A stretch of DNA of 64,000 bases from the human T2T-CHM13v2.0 reference genome, Homo sapiens. Position numbers and translations under genes: made by a program. Below, in pieces: positions 1-11,939 of this stretch. The notes below the pieces were generated by a model, which searched no databases, was not told where the DNA came from, and was given only the letters and a program-made list of their open reading frames with translations. The stretch lies in the NCBI RefSeq assembly GCF_009914755.1, contig NC_060936.1, one strand, 5' to 3'. Numbering within the stretch: position 1 is the stretch's first letter; each line of letters starts with the position of its first letter.

Positions 1-42
1 TTTCTGATTCCAAAGACTATGCTCATTAAGAAAAAAAAAATT

Positions 43-481
43 GTTTCAGCAGCCATGACAATGCACCCCAAAGACCTCCTACTGTAAGTAGTATAATTGA
101 CCAAAAAGCCCCAGCAGCATTGGCCAAAGACGCAGCTGCTGTGCTCCCCACTTTTAACACAGCTGTCTCCACTCTTCACAGAGGCCATGCCTCCCACAGG
201 CAGCTTCCAGCCAGGAACTGAGGGCAGCAGGAATAATGAGCAGTTCGCCTTTGGCTTAGGGGCAAATCTTCCCTAGGCCTCATGACAGTCTAGGATGGTT
301 CCACTCAACTTTCCACACAGTCTGGCTCTTTCACTGGGGTCAGATTGCATCATGATCCAATGACTCTTCCAGCCTCCTCCAACTTCCTCTCTATTTTCTC
401 TTGTAGGCATTTCCCCTAATAAAATGCTTGCACATTTAATCCACTCTTGGGAGCTGCTTTATAGCAAACCCAATGAACACA
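43..481 (+). mobile_element. ERVL LTR, LTR16-family solo LTR
   Basis: The 3' end (ggcatttcccctaataaaatgcttgcacatttaatccactcttgggagctgct...aacaca) and internal gaggccatgcctcccacaggcagc resemble recalled LTR16 consensus. Confidence 0.65.
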
Positions 482-489
482 GTTCTAAA

Positions 490-800
490 TACTTTTCCCA
501 TTCCAAGCTGCGATTCATAGCTTAAGTGAGTTTTCATCAGACATTTCCTCAAAACACTCCTGGTGTTAGAAAAGAATAAATATGTACTCTCCACCCATGA
601 TGGTCTGGGGCCTGCCACAACTAAGAGATTTGTTGGAAGTTCATGCTTTGTCCCACAATTACTTGTCCAATGTCTGTCTTCACTGTAAAATAATAAGCTC
701 CGTAGAATCAGAGTGTGACTATCTTGTTCAGTGTTATATGCCCATTGCCTATAATAATTGCTGGTGCATAGTAAGTACTCAATAAAAAAAAAAATGAATG
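490..800 (+). mobile_element. L2 LINE 3' end fragment
   Basis: Typical L2 tail: ctgtaaaataataagctcc...ctggtgcatagtaagtactcaataaa...tgaatg. Confidence 0.7.
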
Positions 801-1599
801 GGAAAAAATCTAAGAATTATTTTTCTATTCCATAATATAGTCATACTTGTCTTTTTTTTTTTTTTTTAAAGAAAACCTTTTATCCTCAGCAGAATTTAAA
901 TGACATTTTAAATGCAATATTAAACCTTTAATCTTTAGCATATTAGTACATTCCCTGGGGGCAAAAATATCCTTGTTTGGAAGTTACAAGTTCACTAATT
1001 TGCCCCATTGTTAATGTTAGGAAAAAAACCCAGACTTTTCACTTTCTAGTTCAGGGTGTTTTCCTTCTCATGCACAATATTCTTTTGCATTTACCTCTTA
1101 CTATTATAATCTACTTTGAAACTTTTTCTCCCACTCTTCCATTTTAGGCATTCCTAATATAATTAACTTTACCTACATTGTTATTTTTCTGTTTATACAT
1201 TATGTTCCCTCCTAGCTTTATTTGAGCTATGACTACTTCTCCAATTCATTGTTATAGGATTGTAGTCTAACCTCAGGATTTAGTTCTTACCTTTTAGTTT
1301 GGAATCATCTGGAAATTTAGGGAGGGAAGATTGCATCTAATTCCTGACATCACTTAGCATTTTCTCTCCCTTGGCCCTGAATCAGTGAGCCCCTGATCAG
1401 AAACGTTGATCTTTCATTTTGTTTCTTTCTCTGCTGAGGATGGAGTTTTGTTCTTACTAAATTTTAGAGAAAAGCCTCTTTGTGGTGCAAGTGGTCATGA
1501 TAAATAGTGTTGTTCAGTTACTCTCTCTCCTCTGTGCAGACCCTAACACATAGAGATGCTTAAAATTTTCTCTCACTCTCATAATTGAGTGGGCTCTTA

Positions 1600-2230
1600 A
1601 AGAGGCAACTCCATTTTTCTAGCTCTGGCTAAAACCCTTGGAGACATACTTGAATCTCTTCTTCTCATAGCCCTCATCTTCTCTATCAATAATTCCTGTA
1701 GGTTCTACCTTCAAAACATACCTAGAAGCTGGCCAATTCTCACTGCCTTCACTGCTGCCTTTCTGAATCAAAATTCATCTCCAGCCTGAATTATTTCAGT
1801 AGCCTCCTGATTGGGCCCCTCACTTCCACCCTTGCTCCTTGGTAGTCTATTCTCAGTACCTTCAGTATGGAAAGCAGATGGAGTCACTCTACTCCAAGCT
1901 TCTGCTGGCTTCCTAAATAATCCAGAGTGAAAGTCTGAGTCCTTAGAGTAAACTCCAAGGTCCTACTCAACTCTCAGCATAAGCCTCAAGATCTTGTTTC
2001 ACACTGCCTTAGCCATGCTGGCTTCCTTGCTGTTTCTCAAGAATAAGAGCCATGTCCCAACCTCAGGGATTTTGCACATAATGTTTTCTGCCTTGAAGGC
2101 TCTTTTCCTTGATATCTGCATGAATTGTTCCTTTACTTCCTTTGGGATTCTGCTCAGATGTCATTATTTCAGAGGAGGCTTCTTTGGCCACCATATTTAA
2201 AATTACAACCCCTCTCACCCCTGCCTGACA

Positions 2231-2261
<31 letters not shown>

Positions 2262-2790
2262 GAGACAGGGTCTTGCTTTGTCACTCAGGTTGGAGTGCAG
2301 TGGTCTGATCACAGCTCACTGTAGCCTTGAACGCATGAGTTCCAATGATCTTGCTGCCTTAGCCTCTCAAGTAGCTGGGACTACAGGTGTACCACCATGC
2401 CTGACTGATTTTTAAATTATTTTTGTAGAGATGGGGGTCTCACTGTGTTGCCCAGACTGGTCTCATACTCCTGACCTCAAGCACCTGCCTCAGCCTCCAA
2501 AATTTGCTGGGATTCTAGGCGTGAGCCACCATGCTCAACCTCTGTGTGACACTCTTGATCCCTTCTCTTCATTTTTAAAAAGCTTCATAAACATAATATT
2601 TATAATCATCTGAAAAACCATTTATTTGACCTATTTAGTTATTTTTTTAAATTAGTCCCCTCCTGGTAAGATAAAAGCCCCCTAAGAGCAGGAATTTTTT
2701 ATTTTTTCACTGCAGAATCCTTGGTGTTTAGAAAAGCTCCTGGAATGTAGTAGACACTGAATAAAAATTTGTGGAATGAAAGAATGAATG
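1600..2790 (+). mobile_element. L2 (L2a-like) fragment interrupted by an Alu
   Basis: L2 body motifs (aaacccttggagacatacttgaatctctt, ggttctaccttcaaaacata) and tail ctggaatgtagtagacactgaataaaaatttgtggaatgaaagaatgaatg. Confidence 0.75.
2234..2540 (-). mobile_element. Alu SINE, AluJ-type, full length
   Basis: Poly-T at 2234-2261, then gagacagggtcttgct...gtgagccaccatgctcaacc. J-type features (cacagctcactgtagcc). Target-site duplication tgacactctt on both sides. Confidence 0.95.
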
Positions 2791-2949
2791 TTCTGCTGCC
2801 TTATGCATCCTTTAAGTCCCACCTGGAATATGAGGCTGTCAAGGCTTCTCAGCAGTTATAGCCAGCTACATATCCCTTCCTTTTAAATGGAGCACTTTGG
2901 ATTTACATATTTTATATTATTGATTTATGGCATACATTTTCATAGAGTT

Positions 2950-3095
2950 CCTTGATATCTTTCTTCCTAAACTATAAGCAACTCAAGGGAAGTATGGTAA
3001 CTTATTAGTCTCTATATCCCCTAACATTTAGAACAATGCCTGGTACACAACAGTGATTCAATAAATGCTTATTGGTTAAATAAATTAATGGATGA
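2950..3095 (+). mobile_element. L2 3' end fragment
   Basis: agaacaatgcctggtacacaacagtgattcaataaatgcttattggttaaataaattaatggatgaat. Confidence 0.65.
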
Positions 3096-3509
3096 ATATC
3101 CCAAGAAAAACGAAGCTGTCAACAAATACGTTTGCTTCTTCAGAGTGGTAGCTGGTACACAGCTATCATCATTGTTCATGATAAGAGTGATGATGATAAC
3201 AGAGTTACCCCAAGACTGAAATGGAGCATCTTCAAAATATTTTTGAAAAAAGGATAATGAGAATTTAGGTTTTTGGCTTCTATCTCTTTATGACAAAGGG
3301 TTAGAAGACTGAAAAGCAGGTTTTGGTACCACTGACTAAGACAGTTTCCTGGTAAATTGGTGAGCATGTGCTGTGAGGCAAAACCAGGATCTTGATCAAA
3401 TAGTCAAGATAAATCAGTAATTATCAAGGTCAGTCAAACATAAAGGCATTAACCATGTTCCTAAGATCACTTAGGTCTGAAAAGGAAGACACTTGGATTA
3501 TATATGTTC

Positions 3510-3865
3510 TATGATCTGAGTGGCTGTGTTTTTCCTGAAATTCGTATATTGAAACCTAAACCCCTAAAATGGTGGTATTAGAAGGTAGGGCCTTTGGGGG
3601 TGATTAGATCATAAAGCAGAGCCTTCAAGATTAAGGTTAATGTTCTTATAGGGCAGACCCCAGAGAGCTACTTCATCTCTTTCATCATGTGAAGACAAAA
3701 GGAGAAGTTGCAGTCTATGAGGATATGGGCCTTCACCAGACACCAAACTTGCCATCACCTTGATCTGGGGCTTCCCAGTCTCCAGAACTGTGATAAATGA
3801 ATTTCTGTTGTTTATAAGCCACCCAACTTATGGTATTTTTTATAGCACCCAAATGGATTAAGACA
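3510..3865 (+). mobile_element. MaLR solo LTR (MLT1A/MLT1A0-like)
   Basis: ttcgtatattgaaacctaaacccc...ggcctttgggggtgattagatcat...ccttgatctggggcttcccagtctccagaactgtg...aagccaccc...atggattaagaca. Confidence 0.85.
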
Positions 3866-4729
3866 GTATAATTAGATTATTCTACCAAGGTTTGCCTTCA
3901 TTTATTAAATTATTTGATTTTTAAAGAGAGGCATTTCTCTAAAGAAATGAGGCATTGGAGATTTTTTTCTGGTATCTTTCTATTGATAAAGCAAATCTAT
4001 AGACTGAGAAAACATACACAGTAACATATATATTTTATGAGTATTCAAAGTTACCACTGCATAATAAAGGCCAGGGAAATGAAGTGTTGAATGTTCTGAT
4101 ACTACTAATAACCTTAGATAATTCGGCAGAGTCACTGCTGTCTATGTGGCAAAGGAAATGTCACATGTCTATCTGCCAAAGTTTGGCATAAGGCTGGTAC
4201 AGTATTTCAGCATAAGTGAGCAGAAGAGTGTAAAAAATACCATTTTGATTTTTCTGATTCAATGGGAGCACATATTTATTTGGTTTTTACAAACCTGGTC
4301 GTTGCTAAGTCTCCTGCCTTCCCCCCACCCACCTAAGAGAAACTAAAATCTATTCCTTTGCAAGGGACAGTTCCTCAGGTGGGGTGAGGAAATGTTAGAA
4401 ACCAAGCAGGAAAGGAATTCTGTATTTTAAAGGTGTCCTACTTTTCTATTTTTTTCTTTATTAAAAATTCAGCTTCTTTCAAGCACAGAAAGTGAAAACA
4501 TGCCACCTCACTGATGTAAGTAATGAAGTGGTCCTTAAAACAAAAGGATACATTGTGATCTGAAAATATTCCACCAAGTTATGAAAGCAAATGATTCTTT
4601 GGGAAAGAAATCAGCTAGAAATTTGAGAAAACTTTTCAGGGTGCAGTGGAGGCATGAAATCTGTGTTTTTGAATGGTAAAATTTGTGATATGTATGTGTG
4701 TTTCTATATCTATATCTATATCTACATCT

Positions 4730-5221
4730 ATACCATATATGGATCTTTGCTTCTTACATTTAAAAAAGCAAAAAGAACAAAACACCACCACCAAAAAAAA
4801 AAAAAAAAAAAAAAAAAATGCTGCCCCAGATGGTGTGCCCATCCATGTGGATAAGTGTCACTGAGAAGACTGAAACACACTCTGCGCTCTGCGTCCTCCC
4901 TGCTGGACACCGAGCCCTCAAGTGACTCTCTGCTGTCCCTGGTTGTGCCTCCTGCTTGTGTCGCTGCCTGTTCTCCTCACAGTCTGCAAGCTTCATTTGC
5001 TCCAAAGACGCTGTTCCTTTTCTGCTTGCTGCAAACCGGGTTGGACGGCATGGCTGTTGCTTCTCAGCAGTTGTGCTGCACCTCCGGGTAGCTGCCCACC
5101 CTGGCCACAGTTACTCTGCCCCTTCTGTTGACCATTTGGCCACTGACACGGAGGCTGAAGTTCGTTTCTGATTAATAAGGGGTATGGCATGTTGGGATAC
5201 TAATGAAGTGGCTCAGTAAGT
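4730..5221. promoter_or_regulatory. CpG-retaining, non-repetitive regulatory or first-exon-like island
   Basis: About 10 CpGs in about 300 bp against a CpG-poor background. CArG CCATATATGG at 4733-4742, a poly(A) tract at about 4793-4818, a CTCF-like GCCCCAGATGGTGT just after it, and donor-like sites on both strands. Confidence 0.45.
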
Positions 5222-5956
5222 TGCATGAGAATTTGACATATATCCAGGTGTCACTGTCACAAGCTACCTTAGGGGTTGGCTTCTCCAGGGACATTAAAAA
5301 AATATATTTTTTTAAGTCCTCATTCCTGATCTCTCAGCCTCCATACCTCTTTCCCACCATTCCTATGTTTCTGCCAATAATTGCTAATTTTTATAAAAAC
5401 CCAGCCCAAAGAATACGATACTCTGCTAAAAACAAACAAAACAAAAAACTACCAATTACTGACTGAACATGAGCTAACTAACTCCTTAAGTCTGGCATTC
5501 AAGGCTCTGTGCTTATTTGAGTCATACAACTGGTTCTAGCAGCTTTCTTTCTGTGTCAATGAATGATTACAGTAGCAATACTATTGTGTGGTTTTATTGG
5601 ACCTTATTAATTTTAAAGAGCATTCATTTTGATTATTATAACAAGCTTATTATTCCCGTCCCTCACATGAGGAAACCAAGCTGTAAGATATGCTAGCACA
5701 CATTTGGGAGCCTTGAGCAGGCCTCAGAACCCTCTTCATGAACACTTAGGAATTCTAAAGAGCATCATTTTGATATCCATTTGTAAAATGTACGGACTTT
5801 GAATAGTAACTCAGGGACCTGAATTATATTACACTAGCCCAAGATTCTCTATTCTTTTCCCATTGTTGCTAAGTAGATAGACTATTCTAAACTGACCATT
5901 TGAGCTTGTCTTACTCCCTTGGCAATGCAGACAGACTCCAGGTGTTCTCTAAGCTT

Positions 5957-6124
5957 TTTAGACATGTTAAGAATGTCATATCTATTATATATTTAGACAT
6001 GTCATATCTATGTCATGACATAAGCATGACATGAGAATGACATGCCATTCTGTCGTAACATAAGAATGATGTAAGAATGTCATATCTATGTCTATTTAGA
6101 CATATTAAGAATGTCTTATCTATT
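5957..6124. repeat. Local patchwork repeat bracketed by 30-bp direct repeats
   Basis: tttagacatgttaagaatgtcatatctatt (5957-5986) recurs at 6095-6124 (28/30), with partial and inverted pieces between. Confidence 0.85.
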
Positions 6125-6339
6125 GAGCATTGAGGCACTCAGAGGCTGAGGCATGGAGCTAATGTTTGGGCATTTGTAGCTAAAAGTAATTGTTTCAAAA
6201 TAATTCCAACCAGGATGCACCATTATTATTTTATTATTACCTTGCCACAGCCATGATTGCTTACTACAGTCATAGGAGAGAGGGATCTGCTTTGATACAG
6301 ATGCCAGTGTCACCTTTTCTTGAGAAGAATGCATAGCAG

Positions 6340-6496
6340 TGATGCTGCCTGTAATCCTAGCTACTTGGGAGGCTGAGGTGGGAGGATCCTTTGAGCTCAG
6401 GACTTCGAGGCTGCAGTGAGCTATGATCACACCACTGCCCTCCAGCCTAAGTGACACAACAAGACCCTGTCTCTTCAAACAAAACAAAACAAAAAA
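6340..6496 (+). mobile_element. Alu right monomer (FRAM/AluJ-type fragment)
   Basis: tgcctgtaatcctagctacttgggaggctgaggtgggaggatc...gctgcagtgagctatgatcacaccactg...gaccctgtctc followed by a (caaaa)n tail. Confidence 0.9.
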
Positions 6497-6964
6497 TTCT
6501 AGAGTGTATTGCTGAGTACATAATAAGATAATAAGTTGTCAGTAATTATTTGTGGGATGCTAAAACAAATAGAAGCATGGAAACATATACCTTTAATGGT
6601 GATGAGCATGCATCACTGCTGTCTGGAAAGCCTTTACGATCTGCACTTTATCATCTCAGGTACAATGCTCTCAGATTTTGAGGTTTCATACATCTCTTGG
6701 TCCCACGCTGAGGTATAAGTTCAGGCATGCTCATTCTGTTAGTTTCCCTGGATTGCTGAGTGTCATGTGAACACAAAAGAATGAAATAATGTTGGGGAAC
6801 AGCTGAAATGCTGCCTCTATGACTTCCAAATTTCTATCCCAGCCACGTGGCAAAGGGAATCATCTTACCAGCAATAAAGAGGGGCTGCTTTCATTGAACA
6901 TCTCCTACATGGCAGTTAGAGGGTAAGCTCCTTACTTGCTTGAACTCTGATTTTCCCCTAAACC

Positions 6965-7085
6965 TAATTGGGTAGAAATAATTATCCACCATTATAGATA
7001 AAATATCAAAGCCCAGAGAGGTTAAGTAAATTGTTCAAGTTTGCTAAGCTAGTAAGTGGCAGCACAAAGATTCTATTCAGCAATG
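6965..7085 (-). mobile_element. MIR SINE fragment
   Basis: MIR core: aagcccagagaggttaagtaaattgttcaagtttgctaagctagtaagtggc. Confidence 0.7.
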
Positions 7086-7194
7086 CCTGATGACAGTGCC
7101 TGTGAGTCCGCTAACATGCCATTCAGTTTTGTAGTGTGGGTATGGAGAGACGAAGGAGATAAATTGAGTGTCATGTGCTGTACAGAGTTTCTTT

Positions 7195-7507
7195 ATGTTT
7201 GTTTGTTTGTTTGTTTGTTTGTTTTGAGAGGGAGTCTCACTCTGCTGCCCGGGCTGGAGTGTAGTGGCACAATCTCGGCTCACTGCAACCTCCGGCTCTC
7301 AGGTTCAAGTGATTCTCTTGCCTCAGCCTCTTGAGTAGCTGGTGTTACAGGCATCCAGCACCATGCCCGGATAACTTTTGTATTTTTAGTAGAGATGGGG
7401 TTTCACCATGTTGGGCAGGCTGGTCTCGAACTCCTGAACTCAGGTGATCCGCCCACCTCAGGCTCCCAAAATGCTGAGATTACAGGCATGAGCCACCGCG
7501 CCTGGCC
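7195..7507 (-). mobile_element. Alu SINE, AluS-type, full length with (GTTT)n tail
   Basis: Dimeric Alu from ggagtctcactctg to gagccaccgcgcctggcc; flanking cagagtt TSD-like repeat. Confidence 0.95.
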
Positions 7508-9127
7508 TCAGAGTTGTTTTTAACTTTTCTCAACAGCTCTAAAAGATGGGTGTTACTGTTCCCATTTATAGATGAACAAACTGAGACTTAGAAATTGTGA
7601 ATAAATCGTATCCAACTTTCTACACCTAAGATTTTACTTGGTGATAATTCCTAAATAGCTATAGATTACTTCAGCCATGGTATACTACATGAGTTTTCAT
7701 GACTTGGTTTGTGAACATATGGATGTTCATTTTTTTAAATCCCAGACAAGAAGAATTTGGAGAGGGTGCATAGGAGAAATTATGAAATAGGGGAAAGTAT
7801 GAAGTTAGAGAGTGGTGGACAAGGCCCCTTCTAAAATATTATTTTGGGACTCAAAATTTAAATGTTCATTACTTAATGTAATCAAGGAGTCCTTTATGTT
7901 TTTGAAAATTTACCTTTAATACACACCGGGTCTTTGGTATGAGAGGGAAAAACAAAACAGGACAATAAGTGCCTGCTTCATTGGAAATAGATTTCCAGCA
8001 TTTAGGTTTGAATATGGAGCACCTTGGTACCTGAAAGACTGTTTTCCATAGAATAGATTCTGCTCGAACCACTTCCTGAAAATGGTATCTTCTCATCTCA
8101 AAGGCTGATGGCACTGCTGTTGCCCAGCTGTTTACAGATGTTTTCACCCTGTAGGAACTTCACCCTGAGTCATTAAGTTAATAGTTTGGCTGTCGCCTTG
8201 TGATTTATCCATGAAATTGCTCCTCTGAGTGCAGAGTATATATAAAAGGATGTTCAGCTTATAACTCATACTGTTGCATAGCAGCAGTAATCATGGATAA
8301 GACAAGCCCTTTAAAAATCAAAGCTGTTAGTAAAATAATAATGTTTTCTTTACTGTAGTACATACCATGTTGCAGTCTCATGGATAGTGTGGCATCAACT
8401 ATTTGGATATAATTTAGCCTTTGTAAACAGAATGTGTTTGTGAAAATCGTGAGAGATTACTTGGCGTGTTGGATTTTGCTTTCTGGCAGCTCATGATCCT
8501 TATGCTCTACATGAATTACCAGGTTAGAGGTTTAGTTTGGGCTTTAAAAAGCAGATAGCAGATCATGCCTTTTCTCTTTGCAATGACACAGGATTATAGA
8601 CTGACATCTGAATGTGCCTGAATAAAAGCAACTCGGAATTTGGGAGGATGGTTGGATTATGTTAAAGCTTTCCGAATGCTGCAAGCACCTCTACAGCAGC
8701 CAAAGGATTTTCAGGGCCACAGGGACACAGTAATCAGCTCTAATACTTTTCTCTCTGGCTTATGACCTCTGAAGTAGCTTAATAATTAAAGAGGTGCACC
8801 ATCAGAAAGCTTTACAGACTTACATGGAACTGCTTGTTTTGGCCCAATCCAAATATATAACAGATTCAAGAGAAAATCAAAAGGAGCAACGATGTTAAAA
8901 GGTTTTAAGACTAGAGTGTATATGATAATATCCTGGTTGCCTATTTAGAATGCAGGAATTAGACTTTTAAGAGCTATAGATGGATCCATTAGCATGTACT
9001 TGTTGGTCAAGACTGTGGCACACCTAGCCCTTCATGGAAAGAAACTCACCCATTTTGAGCCACCCACAAATACTTTCCTTGATTTATTCAGGACTTTTGC
9101 CTACGTTTACATGTTTTTCTCTTACAG

Positions 9128-9193
9128 GCCACACAGCATGTCCTGTGGGACTGGAGAAATATGGAGAATGCAGCACACTTGCTTCCTACTGAA
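9128..9193 (+). other. Candidate internal exon (66 nt; alternative donor gives 70 nt)
   Basis: Acceptor tttacatgtttttctcttacag|G and donor GAA|GTAGGT (or TAG|GTATTT at 9198). Lies in non-repeat DNA. Frame 0 is open (ATQHVLWDWRNMENAAHLLPTE), but I do not recognise the peptide. Confidence 0.35.
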
Positions 9194-9509
9194 GTAGGTA
9201 TTTTCTTTCCAGATTTCCTTCAGTTGCAAAGTCTGATTATTTCAGTTTTTTTGGATGAAATAGAAAACGCTCACCTAAAAATATAAGTCAGATTTGTTAA
9301 AATCACTTCCAAAGGATACTGATATGTCAGGTAGCATTTGAATACATAATAATTTCTTTAAAATACATTTTCCAAATGGATTTATTATTATAGCCATATT
9401 GAAAGTAGTTTTCCCTATTGTGGAGAAAGATACAATAGTCTAGCTTAGCCCAATTCTATTAACAGGTGACTCTTTTAACCAACTCCTCTTGTTTTGATTG
9501 CATGCTTAT

Positions 9510-10110
9510 GTGTGCTAAGCTGCCTTTCTTAGATGGCCTCCAAATTATTCCCATGTCTTGGCATTCATGCTCTGTGTAATCTCCTCCCCTCGAGTGTAGA
9601 CTGGACCTAATAACAATTTGTAATTTGTTAAAAGGCTGGCTTTTAACAAATAGAATATAGCAAAAGTGATGGGATGATCACTTCTGAGATTAGGTTATGA
9701 AAGACTGTGACTTCTGTCTATCTTGTACTCTCTGACTATCTCACTCTGATGAAGCCAGCTCCTATGTTGTGAGTTGCACTGTGGAGTTGTCCATGTGGCC
9801 AGGATGTGATGGTGAGCAGCCTTTGGTCAACAGCCAAGCAGTCACTGAGGCTCGTAGTTAAACAAGCTTCAAGGAATTGGATCTTGCCAACAACTACTGA
9901 GTGGGCTTGGACGTGTATCCTGCCCCAGTTGAATCTTGAGATGACATGGCCCTGACCGATAGTTTGTAGTCTTGTGAGAGACTCTTTTGAGCTGGAAAAC
10001 CTAGTTAAACCACACCTAGAATTGTAAGTCATAGAAGCTATATAGATGTGTGCTGTTTTAAGTGGCTAAATTTTGGGGTAATTTGGCATACAGCAGCAAA
10101 TAGCTAATAC
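9510..10110 (+). mobile_element. MaLR solo LTR (MLT1F-like)
   Basis: agatggcctcc...gtgtaatctcctcccctcgagtgt...gaagccagc...tgttttaagtggctaaattttggggtaatttg...atagctaatac. Confidence 0.8.
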
Positions 10111-10149
10111 ACCAAGCCATAAACCAATCCTTCCCCCTCATTCCTCCTT

Positions 10150-10600
10150 TTCTTCCTTCCTTCCACCTCTTGGTCTTTCAGATGTAGGTTAGGCATCTTC
10201 TGTGAGCTAGGTACTATGGTTAGGCATTGTGAATGCAGTACTGGGCATGGAAGACTGGCTAAGAAATGTAGTGATGACTGTATTCGCTGGGCTTACATGC
10301 TCACGGCGGGTACAAACATTGAACAAATGAGTGACATAAAATAAATATAAAGAGTACTCTGGAAACATGACAGAGGGTCTTGAGCTATTTCTGGGAGAGA
10401 TTGGTTATCAGTGAAAGCCTTCCCAAACTACGAAGTGTGAGTGGAATTATTTTAATTTGGTTGCCTATTAAGTATGTCAGCTGGGAGAGAATTCTGTCCC
10501 TAGAAGGTATCCTGCCATCTAGACAGCTATGTTTCTTACTATAATGTGATACATAGCATTTGAGAATATCCCTAAAAAAGACAAATACATAGGCCATCTG
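10150..10600 (-). mobile_element. L2 fragment
   Basis: gagctaggtactatggttaggcattgtgaatgcag...atcagtgaaagccttccc. Confidence 0.55.
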
Positions 10601-11939
10601 CTGACGCTCAAAAGCTTTTCTTTGTTAAGTAAGCGATTCTGGAGTATATGTCATTTTACCTATCTTGTACTAAATTTGTGTTGAGTGCCGATTTCTCTGT
10701 GTTCTTCCTCCCAACCCCCACCTGCGGATGCCATGTCTCTGTAATGCAGGAAGACATTTCTATGATTATTTGTTAAATTACACATGGCTGGGAACCTGAG
10801 AGTGTCACAAGAGCAAACATGATTGTTTATTATCCCTGCCTCTCCCCACCCTATTTTTAAGGGGAAAAAATAAACTGTCAGAGGTCAACTATGTAGTAAT
10901 TGTGAAGGCCACTCCCATCAAAGCATGTAGTTGAGTTATATGAAGATGGCAGTATGTGTGTATTTATTTTCCTGGCATCAAACTCAATCTTTACTGTGCT
11001 CTGACCACAATCCTTATTATCTCTCCCAAGAGTCTGAGGTCCTGGAGTTCTACAAAAGCATCAGTGTGAAATAGCACCAAGAGTTAACTTAAACTTGAAA
11101 TCCCTGAAAAAAGTCATGGTAAAAAAGCTTAGAGCCATGGTACTGGATGGATGCATCCAATGATCACATAGTGAAAGGTGATAAAATGTCACTGAAAAGG
11201 GTGATTGAAAAATGAAGAAGGTGAAAGTTTACTCAACTGGGGGACAAAGAACTTTTTTTAATCGAGAAAAAGGACATAAAGTGGTTGGCAGTGTAGAAAT
11301 TATTCCTGAGAGCAAAGGCTGCGAAATTTCCTAGAGTTAGATATAATAAAAAAGTTGCGGTGCTGCCTCAAAGCAATGTGGGAAGCAAGTGTGCAGTAGA
11401 CACTACAGCTGGTCCTTAGCGGTCACCTCTAGGTCCTGGCTATGAAAATAAGAAAAAACATAAAAAAGAGAGGACCCTATAATTTCAGATTAGGATAGTC
11501 TCATTGGCAGAAGTGTATGCAAAGCTGATGTTTCTGAGAGTAGACAAAAAGGATGCAGAGCAAGAGAGGAAGAACAAAAATCAGGAAGCTATAGGTGCCA
11601 ACACAGGCAGTCTTTTTCTCTATTTCTGCCTAGAAGCTGATAAGATCTCTACTTAATACTGGCAGGTTTATAGAAAGCCTTGAAATATGAATATAATTAT
11701 CCGATAACCAACAACATGAAGATAATAAAAATGATGATGTTTTTAGCATACAGAAAATTCTAAACTTGTCTAATAAGCTTCTTGGTGTAATTCATTATAT
11801 TTGCTTATGGAACTCAGGAAAGAGTAAACAAAAAGTTATGACTATAGGAGGAGGTACTAGATGAAGAAAGCGCACAAAGAAGTTCCGTAATGCAGCATGG
11901 TTTCATGATTACTGTGTAATTGTGGTCGCAGTGGTAGAT

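Noticed and set aside
2063-2613. ORFs 2063-2284, 2125-2415 and 2431-2613, and similar ORFs at 6116, 7056, 30687, 44925-45325, 46516 and 47802
   Set aside because: They are translations of Alu sequence ([21 protein letters not shown] motifs), not genes.
4760-5190. Overlapping 60-81 aa ORFs in the CpG-retaining island
   Set aside because: No recognisable homology; several frames stay open simply because of higher GC and the poly(A/T) run.
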